From Candidatus Latescibacterota bacterium (GTDB lineage: Bacteria > Latescibacterota > UBA2968 > UBA8231), in assembly GCA_965197905.1 (NCBI GenBank), contig CBDAOB010000004.1, positions 2,089,175 to 2,153,174 of the forward strand: a stretch of 64,000 nucleotides of DNA, in the 5' to 3' direction. The notes under the pieces are model-generated. The model was given only the letters and a program-made list of their open reading frames with translations. It was not told the DNA's origin and made no database searches. Shown here one piece after another: positions 47,214 through 57,992 of this stretch; positions within the stretch are counted from its first letter, which is position 1, and every line of letters begins with the position of its first letter. The position numbers and the translations under genes were made by a program.

Positions 47214-49442
47214 ATGTACTATGCACATTCCCTCAAAGGTCAGTCGAGGGAATACTGGCAGCCGCTCCGGGAGCACCTGCTCAAGGTCAAAGACGAGGCA
47301 GCGGCGCGGGGGGCCAAGTTTGGAACCGACAAAGCTGCGGGATTGGCTGGGCTTTTGCATGATCTTGGCAAGTACACAGAAGCGTTCCAGAAGCATATAG
47401 ATGGCTCGTCGATCCAAGTTGATCACTCCACGGCCGGTGCCCAACAGGTTTGCGTTCTTGACACGGCAACGCCAAACGACCGGGGCATGGCGCAGCTTAT
47501 CGCTTATACCATCGCCGGGCACCACGCTGGCTTGCCGGATATGCAAAGCGGGACCGGCTCACTCAATTCGCTTGATGAGCGGCTAAAAAAGACACTCAAC
47601 CCGCTTGACTCGACTTGGGAGAAGGAAATTCGGCCAGTCGCTACTGGTCTTTGGCCCGAAGGGTTCACACTAGGGAAAGACCGTGAGACGACGGCGTTTC
47701 AGCTCTCCTTCCTGACGCGGATGATCTTCTCGTGCCTCGTTGACGCAGATTTCTGCGACACCGAGGGCTTTTACGCTGATGCAAAAGGCGAGACCGTTGA
47801 CCGCGACTGGCCGACGCTCCCAGAAATAGTTGATCCGCTACGCGATAGGCTCAACAACCACTTCGCCGGACTTGCCAGCGAGGGCAAGGTCAATCGTCTG
47901 CGCCGCGAGATTCTGGAGCATGTTCGCGCTCAAGCCGATTGCTCTCCGGGCCTGTTCTCGCTCAACGTACCGACCGGCGGCGGCAAGACGCTGACTTCCC
48001 TCGCCTTCGCCCTCGACCATGCCAAAGCACACGGGCTTGAGCGCATCGTCTATGCCATTCCCTTTACTTCAGTGATTGACCAGACCGCAGGGATTTTCCT
48101 CGATGTGCTGGGTGAGGGCGTCGTCCTTGAACACCATTCGGCGATTGACGAAACCAAGTTCACAAAGCGGGAGGGAGCCGATAAACTGCGGCTCGCCATG
48201 GAGGACTGGGCGGCCCCCATCGTCGCGACCACCAACGTCCAGCTCTTTGAAAGCCTGTTTTCCCATCGCCCGTCGCGGTGCCGCAAGTTGCACAATTTGG
48301 CTCGTGCGGTCATTGTCCTCGACGAAGCGCAGACCATTCCCCTACACGTGCTCCGACCGGCGGTCGCCGCCCTTGATGAACTGGCTCGCAACTATGGCTC
48401 TTCAATAGTACTATGCACCGCGACCCAACCGGCACTCAAGGCACCTGAATTAAAAGGGGGCTTTGTCCAAGTCCGCGAACTCGCGCCTGACCCGCCGCGC
48501 CTGCACCAGAAGCTCGTCCGTGTCAGAATCTCCAACGGGGGCGCACTCAGCGACGAGAGCCTATGCAATGCCCTCACACAAACAGCGCAAGGCATGGTCG
48601 TTGTCAACAGCCGGAGACACGCCTTAGACCTCTTCCGGCAAGCCTGTGAAGCTGACATCGACGGCGTCGTGCATCTGAGTACGCGACAATACGCAGCGCA
48701 TCGTCGCCGCATTCTTGCGGATGTTCACCAGCGGTTAAAGGAAGGCAGGCCGTGTCGATTGGTTGCGACTTCGTTGGTCGAGGCGGGCGTTGATTTGGAT
48801 TTTCCGAGGGTCTGGCGGGCCGAGGCGGGGCTTGATTCGATTGCCCAAGCTGCCGGGCGGTGCAATAGGGAGGGACGACACGATGTTGCAGACAGCATTG
48901 TCACCGTGTTCCAATCAGAGGAACATCCAAGTCCGCCTGAACTACGCCAGCTTGCCGGAGATATGCAGCGCATCATCAGTCGTCATGATGACTTGCTCTC
49001 GCCGGAGGCCATGGAGGATTATTTCCAAGAGGTGTATTGGCGCAAGGGGGAGGGGCTCGGTGATGATGTTCTGCAAAAATTCACGGCTGATAGGAACGGA
49101 ACATCGTTCTCCTTCCGCGAAGTTGGAGAGACGTTCCGCCTGATCCAGAGCGGACTTGAGCCAGTGATCGTCGCCCGAGAAGAGGAAGCGGGTAAGGCGG
49201 TGCACGATCTCGCTTATGCTGAACGGCTTGGCGGCGTGGCGCGGCGGCTCCAGCCTTATATTGTGCAAGTTCACCCTCGCTTCCGGGCGCAACTTGTCAC
49301 AAATAATCACGTATGTTTTGCGGCACAGGAACGCTTCGGCGACCAGTTCGCCGTTCTCTTCACTCAAAGCCTCTATCAAGAAGAGGTCGGCCTCCTTTGG
49401 GAGGACGCGGATGCGCTCGGCGATGAGGTGATGCTTATATAA
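47214..49442 (+). CDS. cas3: Type I-C Cas3 HD nuclease-helicase
   Basis: YAHS, LREHL, LLHDLGKY, HHAGL, LVDAD, VPTGGGKT, DEAQ, TATQP, EAGVDLDF, QAAGRCNREG. Confidence 0.96.
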   Translation: MYYAHSLKGQSREYWQPLREHLLKVKDEAAARGAKFGTDKAAGLAGLLHDLGKYTEAFQKHIDGSSIQVDHSTAGAQQVCVLDTATPNDRGMAQLIAYTIAGHHAGLPDMQSGTGSLNSLDERLKKTLNPLDSTWEKEIRPVATGLWPEGFTLGKDRETTAFQLSFLTRMIFSCLVDADFCDTEGFYADAKGETVDRDWPTLPEIVDPLRDRLNNHFAGLASEGKVNRLRREILEHVRAQADCSPGLFSLNVPTGGGKTLTSLAFALDHAKAHGLERIVYAIPFTSVIDQTAGIFLDVLGEGVVLEHHSAIDETKFTKREGADKLRLAMEDWAAPIVATTNVQLFESLFSHRPSRCRKLHNLARAVIVLDEAQTIPLHVLRPAVAALDELARNYGSSIVLCTATQPALKAPELKGGFVQVRELAPDPPRLHQKLVRVRISNGGALSDESLCNALTQTAQGMVVVNSRRHALDLFRQACEADIDGVVHLSTRQYAAHRRRILADVHQRLKEGRPCRLVATSLVEAGVDLDFPRVWRAEAGLDSIAQAAGRCNREGRHDVADSIVTVFQSEEHPSPPELRQLAGDMQRIISRHDDLLSPEAMEDYFQEVYWRKGEGLGDDVLQKFTADRNGTSFSFREVGETFRLIQSGLEPVIVAREEEAGKAVHDLAYAERLGGVARRLQPYIVQVHPRFRAQLVTNNHVCFAAQERFGDQFAVLFTQSLYQEEVGLLWEDADALGDEVMLI

Positions 49443-49449
49443 TGGTAGG

Positions 49450-49479
49450 GGTGTCCCTCGTGCGGAGGGTATTGAATAC
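49450..49479 (+). repeat. Solitary degenerate CRISPR repeat between cas3 and cas5
   Basis: GGTGTCCCTCGTGCGGAGGGTATTGAATAC resembles the array repeat: CGTGC core, CCCTC/GAGGG stem, ATTGAA 3' motif. Confidence 0.55.
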
Positions 49480-49507
49480 CACAATACCACAGAAAAGGAG
49501 TTCGTCC

Positions 49508-50167
49508 ATGTTCGGAATACGTCTGCTCGTGGGAGGCGAATACGCCTGTTTCACGCGACCGGAAATGAAGGTCGAGCGCGTGTCCTACGACGTGATGACG
49601 CCTTCGGCGGCACGCGGCATTTTGGAGGCCATTCACTGGAAGCCGGCCATCGTCTGGCGCATTGACCGCATTCACGTTCTCAAGCCGATTCGGTTCCAGT
49701 CGATCCGGCGCAACGAGGTCGGCAAGAAAATTCCCATGGGGTCTGTCCGCACGGCGAAAAACAGGGGATCCATTGAGACCCTCTACACCAAAGTTGAGGA
49801 TGATCGCCAGCAACGTGCCGCAACCGTCTTGGTCAACGTTGAGTACGCCATTGAAGCGCACTTTGACATGACGGACGAAGCGGGCGAAAGCGATAACGTG
49901 GGCAAACACCTCGACATCTTCAATCGCCGCGCTAGAGGCGGGCAGTGCTTTCACCATCCCTGTCTCGGAACGCGAGAATTTGCCGCAGACTACACACTCA
50001 TCGAGAACGACGACCTGCCGCCAGCGATTGACGAGAGCCGCGACTTAGGCTGGATGCTCTACGATATTGACCACGAAAACGAACGACAGCCGCTTTTGTT
50101 TCGCGCCGAAATGAAACAGGGGGTTGTCGAAATTCCCTCACCCAACTCGCCGGAGGTACTGAGATGA
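49508..50167 (+). CDS. cas5: Type I-C Cas5c (Cas5d; pre-crRNA endoribonuclease)
   Basis: ACFTRPEMKVERVSYDVMTPSAARGILEAIHWKP, IRRNEV, PCLGTREF, DLGWMLYDID; AAGGAG SD. Confidence 0.96.
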   Translation: MFGIRLLVGGEYACFTRPEMKVERVSYDVMTPSAARGILEAIHWKPAIVWRIDRIHVLKPIRFQSIRRNEVGKKIPMGSVRTAKNRGSIETLYTKVEDDRQQRAATVLVNVEYAIEAHFDMTDEAGESDNVGKHLDIFNRRARGGQCFHHPCLGTREFAADYTLIENDDLPPAIDESRDLGWMLYDIDHENERQPLLFRAEMKQGVVEIPSPNSPEVLR

Positions 50168-51984
50168 GCATTCTGGCTTCTCTTGAGCGTGCCTATCATC
50201 GGCTCGCAACAGAGAACAAAGTGCCGCCGATTGGCTACTCCAATGAGCGGATCGACTATTGCGTCGTCCTGAAGGCCGATGGCCAGCCCGATGGTCCGCC
50301 TGTGGACCTACGAGACCACTCAGGGAAGAAACCTGTAGCCCCGCGACACTCAGTTCCGCGACCAGAGAAGCGGGCGGGTAAAACGCTTTTGCCGAGCTTC
50401 CTCTGGGACAAGGTATCGTATTCGCTGGGTGCCATGGAAGACTTGGAAGGCGAGGACCCACACACCAGAGAGCGTCGTGCCGATCGGGTGGCGAAGCAGT
50501 ACGAGGCTTTTCAGGACCGGCACCTCGTTGTCCTGCAAAATGAAAGCGACGCAGGGCTTGTGGCCTGCCGTTGTTTCTTGAAATGGTGGAAGCCAGAGTA
50601 CTTCGACGCGCATGGCTGGCCAGACGAAATGAAGGGGGCCAATGTGGTGTTCCGGTTGGAGGGAGAGCAAAACTTCATACACGACCGCGAGGCCTCACGT
50701 CAACTATGGGCTTCGCAGATGAATCAGGATCACGAACCGGGCCAAGCCGTTTGCTTGGTGACCGGAGAGAGATCCCCTATCGCTCGATTGCATCCCTCGA
50801 TCAAGGGGGTGCGTGGCGCACAGTCTGCCGGCGCATCCATCGTCTCTTTCAATCTCGACGCCTTTGAGTCTTATGGGCACAAACAGGGCGATAATGCACC
50901 CGTAAGCGAGGACGCTGCCGCCGCCTATACGACTGTGCTCAACCACTTTCTCCGTACCAACGAAAACAAAGTCCAACTCGGCGACACCTCGACTGTATTT
51001 TGGGCCGATGGCTCGAATGCGGAAACAGTGGCGCAATGCGAGGCACTATTTTCCTTCTTGGCCAATGACACAGGCGACGCGATAAGCGAGCAGGCCATCA
51101 AGTCCATTCTCGAAAAAATGGCAAGGGGCCGTCCCATGGAGGAAATCCGCCCGGATTTGCCCCAAGGTGTGCGCTTCTACGTGCTGGGGTTGGCCCCCAA
51201 TGCAGCGCGTATTTCGATTCGCTTCTGGCTGGAGGACGACTTTGCGACGTTTGCAGAGCATATCCTCTGGCACTATCGGGATATGCGCCTCGACCCGCGG
51301 CCGCGGGTCGAGGCGCCAAGCGTTCGGCGCTGCCTACTTGAGACCGCCACGACGAAGGTAAAAAACCGATACGAACATATCCCTTCCCAACTCGCTGGGG
51401 ATATGCTACGCGCGATCCTGACAGGTCGCCGTTATCCGCAGACGTTGTTTTCCACGATTCTCATGCGACTGCGGTCGGATAAGGCCATAACGGCCCTTCG
51501 CGTAGCCTTACTCAAAGCCGTGATCTGCCGAAATAGGCGCAAGGATGACCATTTAACAAAGGAGAATTTTATCGTGTCCCTCAATCCCACAAACGCCGAC
51601 TCCGGCTATTTGCTAGGCCGGCTATTTGCCTGCTTTGAGTACGCGCAAACGCAAGCCCTCGGTGGCAAGGTCAACGCCACGATATGCGATAAGTACTATG
51701 GGGCGGCTTCGGCGACGCCGCGGTCTGTATTTCCCATCCTGCAACGCAACGCCATGAACCACCTGTCGCGTCTGCGGAAAGACCGGCCTGCAACGCATCG
51801 CTATATCGACAACACAATCGCCCAGATCTATGGGTGCGCCACGCCCGATGAGCTGTTCGTGGCGACGCTGACGATGGAACGTCAGGCCCTCTTCGCCATC
51901 GGCTACTACCACCAGAAAAACGATTTTTACACCAAGTCCGCCCCCCGTGAGGAGGGCAAAGAAGAAAAGGAGAACGAAGAATGA
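50164..51984 (+). CDS. cas8c: Type I-C Cas8c (Csd1)
   Basis: FLWDK..Y, CLVTG, ARLHPSIKGV, SIVSFN..AFESYG, VLGLAPNAARISIRFW, YLLGRLFA, FAIGYYHQ. Confidence 0.95.
   Translation: MSILASLERAYHRLATENKVPPIGYSNERIDYCVVLKADGQPDGPPVDLRDHSGKKPVAPRHSVPRPEKRAGKTLLPSFLWDKVSYSLGAMEDLEGEDPHTRERRADRVAKQYEAFQDRHLVVLQNESDAGLVACRCFLKWWKPEYFDAHGWPDEMKGANVVFRLEGEQNFIHDREASRQLWASQMNQDHEPGQAVCLVTGERSPIARLHPSIKGVRGAQSAGASIVSFNLDAFESYGHKQGDNAPVSEDAAAAYTTVLNHFLRTNENKVQLGDTSTVFWADGSNAETVAQCEALFSFLANDTGDAISEQAIKSILEKMARGRPMEEIRPDLPQGVRFYVLGLAPNAARISIRFWLEDDFATFAEHILWHYRDMRLDPRPRVEAPSVRRCLLETATTKVKNRYEHIPSQLAGDMLRAILTGRRYPQTLFSTILMRLRSDKAITALRVALLKAVICRNRRKDDHLTKENFIVSLNPTNADSGYLLGRLFACFEYAQTQALGGKVNATICDKYYGAASATPRSVFPILQRNAMNHLSRLRKDRPATHRYIDNTIAQIYGCATPDELFVATLTMERQALFAIGYYHQKNDFYTKSAPREEGKEEKENEE
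51574..51984 (+). CDS. cas11: Cas11c small subunit from an in-frame internal start in cas8c (136 aa, MSLNPTNADSGYLLGRLFA...)
   Basis: AAGGAG at 51559-51564, GTG at 51574 in the cas8c frame; matches the known I-C architecture. Confidence 0.75.
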   Translation: MSLNPTNADSGYLLGRLFACFEYAQTQALGGKVNATICDKYYGAASATPRSVFPILQRNAMNHLSRLRKDRPATHRYIDNTIAQIYGCATPDELFVATLTMERQALFAIGYYHQKNDFYTKSAPREEGKEEKENEE

Positions 51985-52925
51985 CCGCACTCAATCATCG
52001 CTACGACTTCGTCTATCTGTTCGACGTCAACAACGGCAACCCCAACGGCGATCCGGACGCAGGCAACCTCCCGCGCCTCGACCCGGAAACGAACCAAGGA
52101 TTGGTCACGGATGTCTGCCTCAAGCGCAAGGTGCGCAATTTCGTTGAACTGGCTAAGGGCGACGAGTCCGGCTACGCGATCTACGTCCAGGAAGGTGCTC
52201 TGCTCAACGAGCAACACCGGAAGGCGTATCGGGTTGTGCGCCCCAACGACAAGAAGGTCGAGAGCAGCAAGAAACTAAGCCCCCAAAGCGACGAGGAGAT
52301 GGATAAACTGCGCGGCTTCATGTGCGACAATTTCTTTGATGTACGCACCTTCGGTGCGGTAATGAGTACCGGCATCAACTGCGGCCAGGTCCGCGGGCCG
52401 GTACAGATGACCTTTGCGCGGTCCATTGATCAGATCGTGCCGCTCGAAGTGTCCATTACGCGCATGGCAGCGACCAACGAAAACGAAAAGAAGGAGCGCG
52501 AGGATGCCAGCGATGAAAACGCGGGCGACGAGCGGACCGAGCACCGCACCATGGGTCGCAAACATATTGTGCCCTACGGACTGTATCGGGCGCACGGCTT
52601 TGTCTCCGCCAAGCTCGCCGAACGCACGGGCTTTTCGCCGGACGATCTCGACGTCCTCTGGAATGCCTTGACGCAGATGTTCGAACATGACCACTCGGCC
52701 GCCCGCGGCGAAATGGTTGCCCGTCGGCTCATTGCCTTTAAGCACGCCAGTGCCTTGGGCAACGCGCCCGCGCATAGGCTCTTCGAGCGGGTGAGTGTGC
52801 AGCGTGCAGAAGCGGATGGTAGCGAAGGCATCCTGCCGCCTGCCCGCAGCTTTGCTGACTATCGTGTAGAGCTCGACTTGGACGATATGCCGGCAAATGT
52901 CGAGGTCGTCGAGCCGATCACATAG
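51981..52925 (+). CDS. cas7: Type I-C Cas7 (Csd2)
   Basis: RYDFVYLFDV.NGNPNGDPDAGNLPR, TDVCLKRKVRN, DVRTFGAVM, TMGRK, FEHDHSAARG. Confidence 0.96.
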   Translation: MTALNHRYDFVYLFDVNNGNPNGDPDAGNLPRLDPETNQGLVTDVCLKRKVRNFVELAKGDESGYAIYVQEGALLNEQHRKAYRVVRPNDKKVESSKKLSPQSDEEMDKLRGFMCDNFFDVRTFGAVMSTGINCGQVRGPVQMTFARSIDQIVPLEVSITRMAATNENEKKEREDASDENAGDERTEHRTMGRKHIVPYGLYRAHGFVSAKLAERTGFSPDDLDVLWNALTQMFEHDHSAARGEMVARRLIAFKHASALGNAPAHRLFERVSVQRAEADGSEGILPPARSFADYRVELDLDDMPANVEVVEPIT

Positions 52926-53028
52926 ACGCCTCCGTGCGGGGTACGGAATGAAACAAACGGAGCGGAGATGCCGATGCGTGAAGCGCAGTTCGGGCGGTCA
53001 CCCCCAGTGCAGGGGCATGGATCGGACC
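52925..53028 (+). CRISPR. Cryptic mini-array (degenerate repeat, 42-nt spacer, degenerate repeat) between cas7 and cas4
   Basis: GACGCCTCCGTGCGGGGTACGGAATGAAAC (52925-52954; 24/32 with 2 gaps) and GTCACCCCCAGTGCAGGGGCATGGATCGGACC (52997-53028; 25/32 ungapped) versus the array repeat. Confidence 0.7.
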
Positions 53029-53672
53029 ATGGAATGGAGCCGGTACCCGTGTCGGCACTGCAACATGCGGTGTACTGTATGAGGCAATGTGCTCTGATCC
53101 ACTTGGAACGGCTTTGGGAGGAAAATCGATTTACCGCTGAAGGTCGGGTACTGCATCAAGTCATTGACGAAGCCGGGCGTCGGCGCAAGGCAGGTGTACG
53201 CCAAGTAATGTCGCTCCCGATCTACAGCATCCGGCTCAATCTTACAGGCCTCGCCGATATGGTCGAGTTCCGCGAAAGCCGGACGGGTACGACCCCGTTC
53301 CCGGTCGAGTTCAAACGCGGCAAGGCCAAAGTACATCGCGCCGACGAGGTGCAACTCTGCGCCCAGGCACTGTGCCTTGAGGAAATGACCGGTACAGAAG
53401 TGCCAATGGGGGCCTTTTACTACGGCCAAACCAAACGGCGGAAGGAAGTGTCTTTTGACGCCGAACTCCGCACCCTGACCGAGACGACAGTTGTGCAGGT
53501 AGCCACGCTCTTTGCGGGAGGCCGCACACCGCCAGCCGAATACGAAGCGGCCAAATGCCGTGGCTGTTCGCTGCTCGACCAGTGTCGCCCGAAGGCGATG
53601 GAGCGTTCGGTTATAGCTTGGCGGACGCGTACCCTAGCATCGCACCTTGCCGAGCCTGGAGAATACCCATGA
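52968..53672 (+). CDS. cas4: Cas4 exonuclease
   Basis: VSALQHAVYC.RQCALIH, G.ADMVE, PVEFKRG, QLCAQALCLEEM, C..CSL...C; start 52968/52974 (good SD) or 53034 (weak SD). Confidence 0.93.
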   Translation: MPMREAQFGRSPPVQGHGSDHGMEPVPVSALQHAVYCMRQCALIHLERLWEENRFTAEGRVLHQVIDEAGRRRKAGVRQVMSLPIYSIRLNLTGLADMVEFRESRTGTTPFPVEFKRGKAKVHRADEVQLCAQALCLEEMTGTEVPMGAFYYGQTKRRKEVSFDAELRTLTETTVVQVATLFAGGRTPPAEYEAAKCRGCSLLDQCRPKAMERSVIAWRTRTLASHLAEPGEYP

Positions 53673-54703
53673 GGCGGTTGCTCAATACGCTCTATGTTAC
53701 TACGCCTGAAACACGTCTGACCAAAGACGGCGAGAATCTGGTCGCGGAAGTAGAGGACGAGGAACGTGCGCGGGTGCCGCTCCACATGCTGGGATCTGTG
53801 GTGGTGTTCGGCGGCATCTATATATCTCCACCCCTGATCCAGGCCTGTGCTGCCGGCGGCATCGTCTTAGTGCTCCTGAGTCGATTCGGCCGATTTCAAG
53901 CCCGAGTCGAGGGACCGGTCTCTGGCAACGTGCTGCTGCGTCGCGCACAATATAGGGCCAGCGACGACCCAGAAGAGATCGTCCGCAGCATTCTCGTCGG
54001 CAAGATCGCCAATCAGAGAAGCGTCCTGCAAAGAGCCCAGCGAGATTACGGTGGGGAGCTTGAGCCTTCTGGCCGCGAAGCCATGTCCGCCGCGACGAAT
54101 CGCCTTCGGCAGATTGTGCAACGTATCAGCGACGGCCACGACAGTATCGATAGGCTACGCGGTTTTGAAGGCGAGGCCGCACGGCTCTATTTCTCCATCT
54201 TTGGCCACCTGATCCGCGTACCCGACCCAGAGATGGCATTCGCCGTCCGCAGCCGCCGGCCGCCGCTGGACCCGATGAATGCCCTGCTCTCGTTTCTCTA
54301 TACCCTTCTCGTCCACGATTGCAGATCGGCCGCCGAAAGCGTGGGCTTGGATCCGGCTGTAGGCTTCTTTCATAGAGATCGGCCCGGCCGTCCGAGTCTC
54401 GCGCTAGATCTTATGGAAGAGCTGCGGCCAGTCTTGGCTGACCGGCTCGCGCTATCGCTAGTCAATCGTCGGCAAGTTCGCGCTAAAGACTTCCAAGTCC
54501 GAGAAGGCGGCAGCGTCTCAATGAGCGACGCCGCTCGCACGACGGTTCTCAGTGCTTGGCAGGAGCGAAAGCGCGTAGAGCGCCGTCACCCTTTTTTGGG
54601 GGAGCAGGCACCGCTCGGCTTGGTTCCATATCTCCAGGCGCAGTTGCTGGCTCGGCATCTTCGAGGCGACTTAGATGCCCACCCGCCGTGGTTATGGAAA
54701 TAA
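53669..54703 (+). CDS. cas1: Type I-C Cas1
   Basis: MRRLLNTLYVTT, SGNVLLRRAQY, LRGFEGEAA..YF, RRPPLD..NALLSFLY, H.DRPGRPSLALDLMEE. Confidence 0.96.
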   Translation: MRRLLNTLYVTTPETRLTKDGENLVAEVEDEERARVPLHMLGSVVVFGGIYISPPLIQACAAGGIVLVLLSRFGRFQARVEGPVSGNVLLRRAQYRASDDPEEIVRSILVGKIANQRSVLQRAQRDYGGELEPSGREAMSAATNRLRQIVQRISDGHDSIDRLRGFEGEAARLYFSIFGHLIRVPDPEMAFAVRSRRPPLDPMNALLSFLYTLLVHDCRSAAESVGLDPAVGFFHRDRPGRPSLALDLMEELRPVLADRLALSLVNRRQVRAKDFQVREGGSVSMSDAARTTVLSAWQERKRVERRHPFLGEQAPLGLVPYLQAQLLARHLRGDLDAHPPWLWK

Positions 54704-54761
54704 GGCTATTCAACATGCCCTTCTGAATGATAGTCGCTCTCTCACAAGGAAATAACCGACC

Positions 54762-55052
54762 ATGATGGTTCTCGTTACGTATGATGTCTCGACGACATCC
54801 GATGGCGGCGCACGTCGGTTACGACGTGTCGCTAAGCTGTGTCGCGATTTTGGACAAAGGGTACAATTCTCAGTGTTTGAGATCGAGGTGGAGCCGGCGC
54901 AATGGGCCGCCCTGAAGGCGCAGCTTGAGACGATCATCAATCCAGAAACCGACAGTCTCAGGTATTATTTTCTCGGTGCTAATTGGAAGCGGCGTGTAGA
55001 GCACGTCGGTGCCAAACCGACCGCCGACTTGAACGGAACATTGATCGTCTGA
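54762..55052 (+). CDS. cas2: Cas2
   Basis: VLVTYDV, RLRRVAK.C.DFGQRVQFSVFE, DSLRYY.LG. Confidence 0.96.
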   Translation: MMVLVTYDVSTTSDGGARRLRRVAKLCRDFGQRVQFSVFEIEVEPAQWAALKAQLETIINPETDSLRYYFLGANWKRRVEHVGAKPTADLNGTLIV

Positions 55053-55238
55053 AAAGGATGGTGCGAACCACAAGAGGTCAGGTAAACACGGGGAGATCCG
55101 CGCATCGTCTAACCCACTGAGATTTAAAGGGATTCGAGTCACGATGGTGCCGGTAGCTATTCTTAACTAAGGAAGCCGGATAGGGTTCGCGCCAGCCAGT
55201 CTCTCACGTATTGTTACATAATGTATTAGCTTGCCGCA
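55053..55238 (+). promoter_or_regulatory. CRISPR leader
   Basis: Between cas2 and the first repeat; inverted GCGAACC (55063-55069)/GGTTCGC (55184-55190) motifs typical of I-C leaders; AT-rich proximal end. Confidence 0.8.
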
Positions 55239-57117
<1,879 letters not shown>

Positions 57118-57230
57118 CCGGCTGGGGCACCGTTGGCAAGACGGCGGTCGCTGGCGCCAAGGACCGCGATACCGGCCAAATCGCCGCCGAAGTCGTTCCC
57201 GACACTAAGGCCGATACCTTGCAGGGATTC
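57118..57230 (+). pseudogene. IS1595-family transposase internal fragment
   Basis: Translates as (R)AGWGTVGKTAVAGAKDRDTGQIAAEVVPDTKADTLQGF, matching the IS1595 GRG..GK..V.G..DR segment. Confidence 0.75.
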
Positions 57231-57840
57231 GATTACTTCTCCATTGGCTAAAAATTGCACGGTTCATTGTTTCAACCACACAGCACGAATCGGGCAACCG
57301 TAGTTCGTCTCGCAACTCAGACGAGTCCATTGATGAGTATAGTGCCGATTTTTTTGGGGGATATTACGTACAACCCACTCTAGGGTCCGGCACTGAAACA
57401 CGGCCCCCCCGCCGCTTGGACATGGCCCCACGGCGCCCCCCGTCCGACCCCATTCCCCGCCGGATCTGCCAGCCCCACGAGCTCCTCCGCGCCCAGCTCA
57501 CCCATCCTCAACCGCCGGACTTCGGCGGCGGCGGGCCGTCCTGCCCCGCCGGAGCTGCGGCGCAACCGCCCTGGACCCCCGGTCAACCAGGGCCGGTGCG
57601 GGAGCGACCATGCTGCTTCAATCCTCCCCTTGCTTGTGTCGGTGTCTAATAGGCCCTTTGGGCGTGAAAATCCGCGGGCTTTTGACTAACGATAATATCT
57701 CTTATCGTTGGTATGAACCTGCCACGTGTGCACCTTATCCTCACTGGTGGAGCAGCGCCGAGGCGGCAGAAATCGAGCCGCGAACGCCTTCATGCCCCCG
57801 TGTCGCCCCCTGAAAAAAACCTTGACACCGCATCATCACA

Positions 57841-57877
57841 CCACGCATGCAGGAGGCCGCCACGCATGCAGGAGGCC
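57841..57877 (+). repeat. Tandem duplication of CCACGCATGCAGGAGGCC (19-bp period)
   Basis: Two copies, each with an AGGAGG SD, before the ATG at 57881. Confidence 0.8.
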
Positions 57878-57992
57878 ACAATGACAGCCGCCCACCGCCC
57901 CGCCCCCAACAGCGGCATCGGTATCACATGCCACGCGGGGAGCCGAGGCGCTCCCCCCCCCCTCCACACATGCTTCGAGGAGGAGGGCTACG

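Noticed and set aside
47262..47269. CGGAGCGG match of the mini-array spacer to the cas3 5' coding region (minus strand)
   Set aside because: Spacer positions 1-3 mismatch; 8 nt only
49442..49507. N-terminal extension of Cas5 from ATG 49442
   Set aside because: Strong SD and family homology indicate a start at 49508
54704..54761. GTCGCTCTCTCAC in the 58-nt cas1-cas2 gap as another pseudo-repeat
   Set aside because: Only GTCGC matches; no repeat-like stem or ATTGAAAC end
57380..57650. GC-rich low-complexity ORFs after the array
   Set aside because: No recognisable protein in any frame; probably degraded DNA
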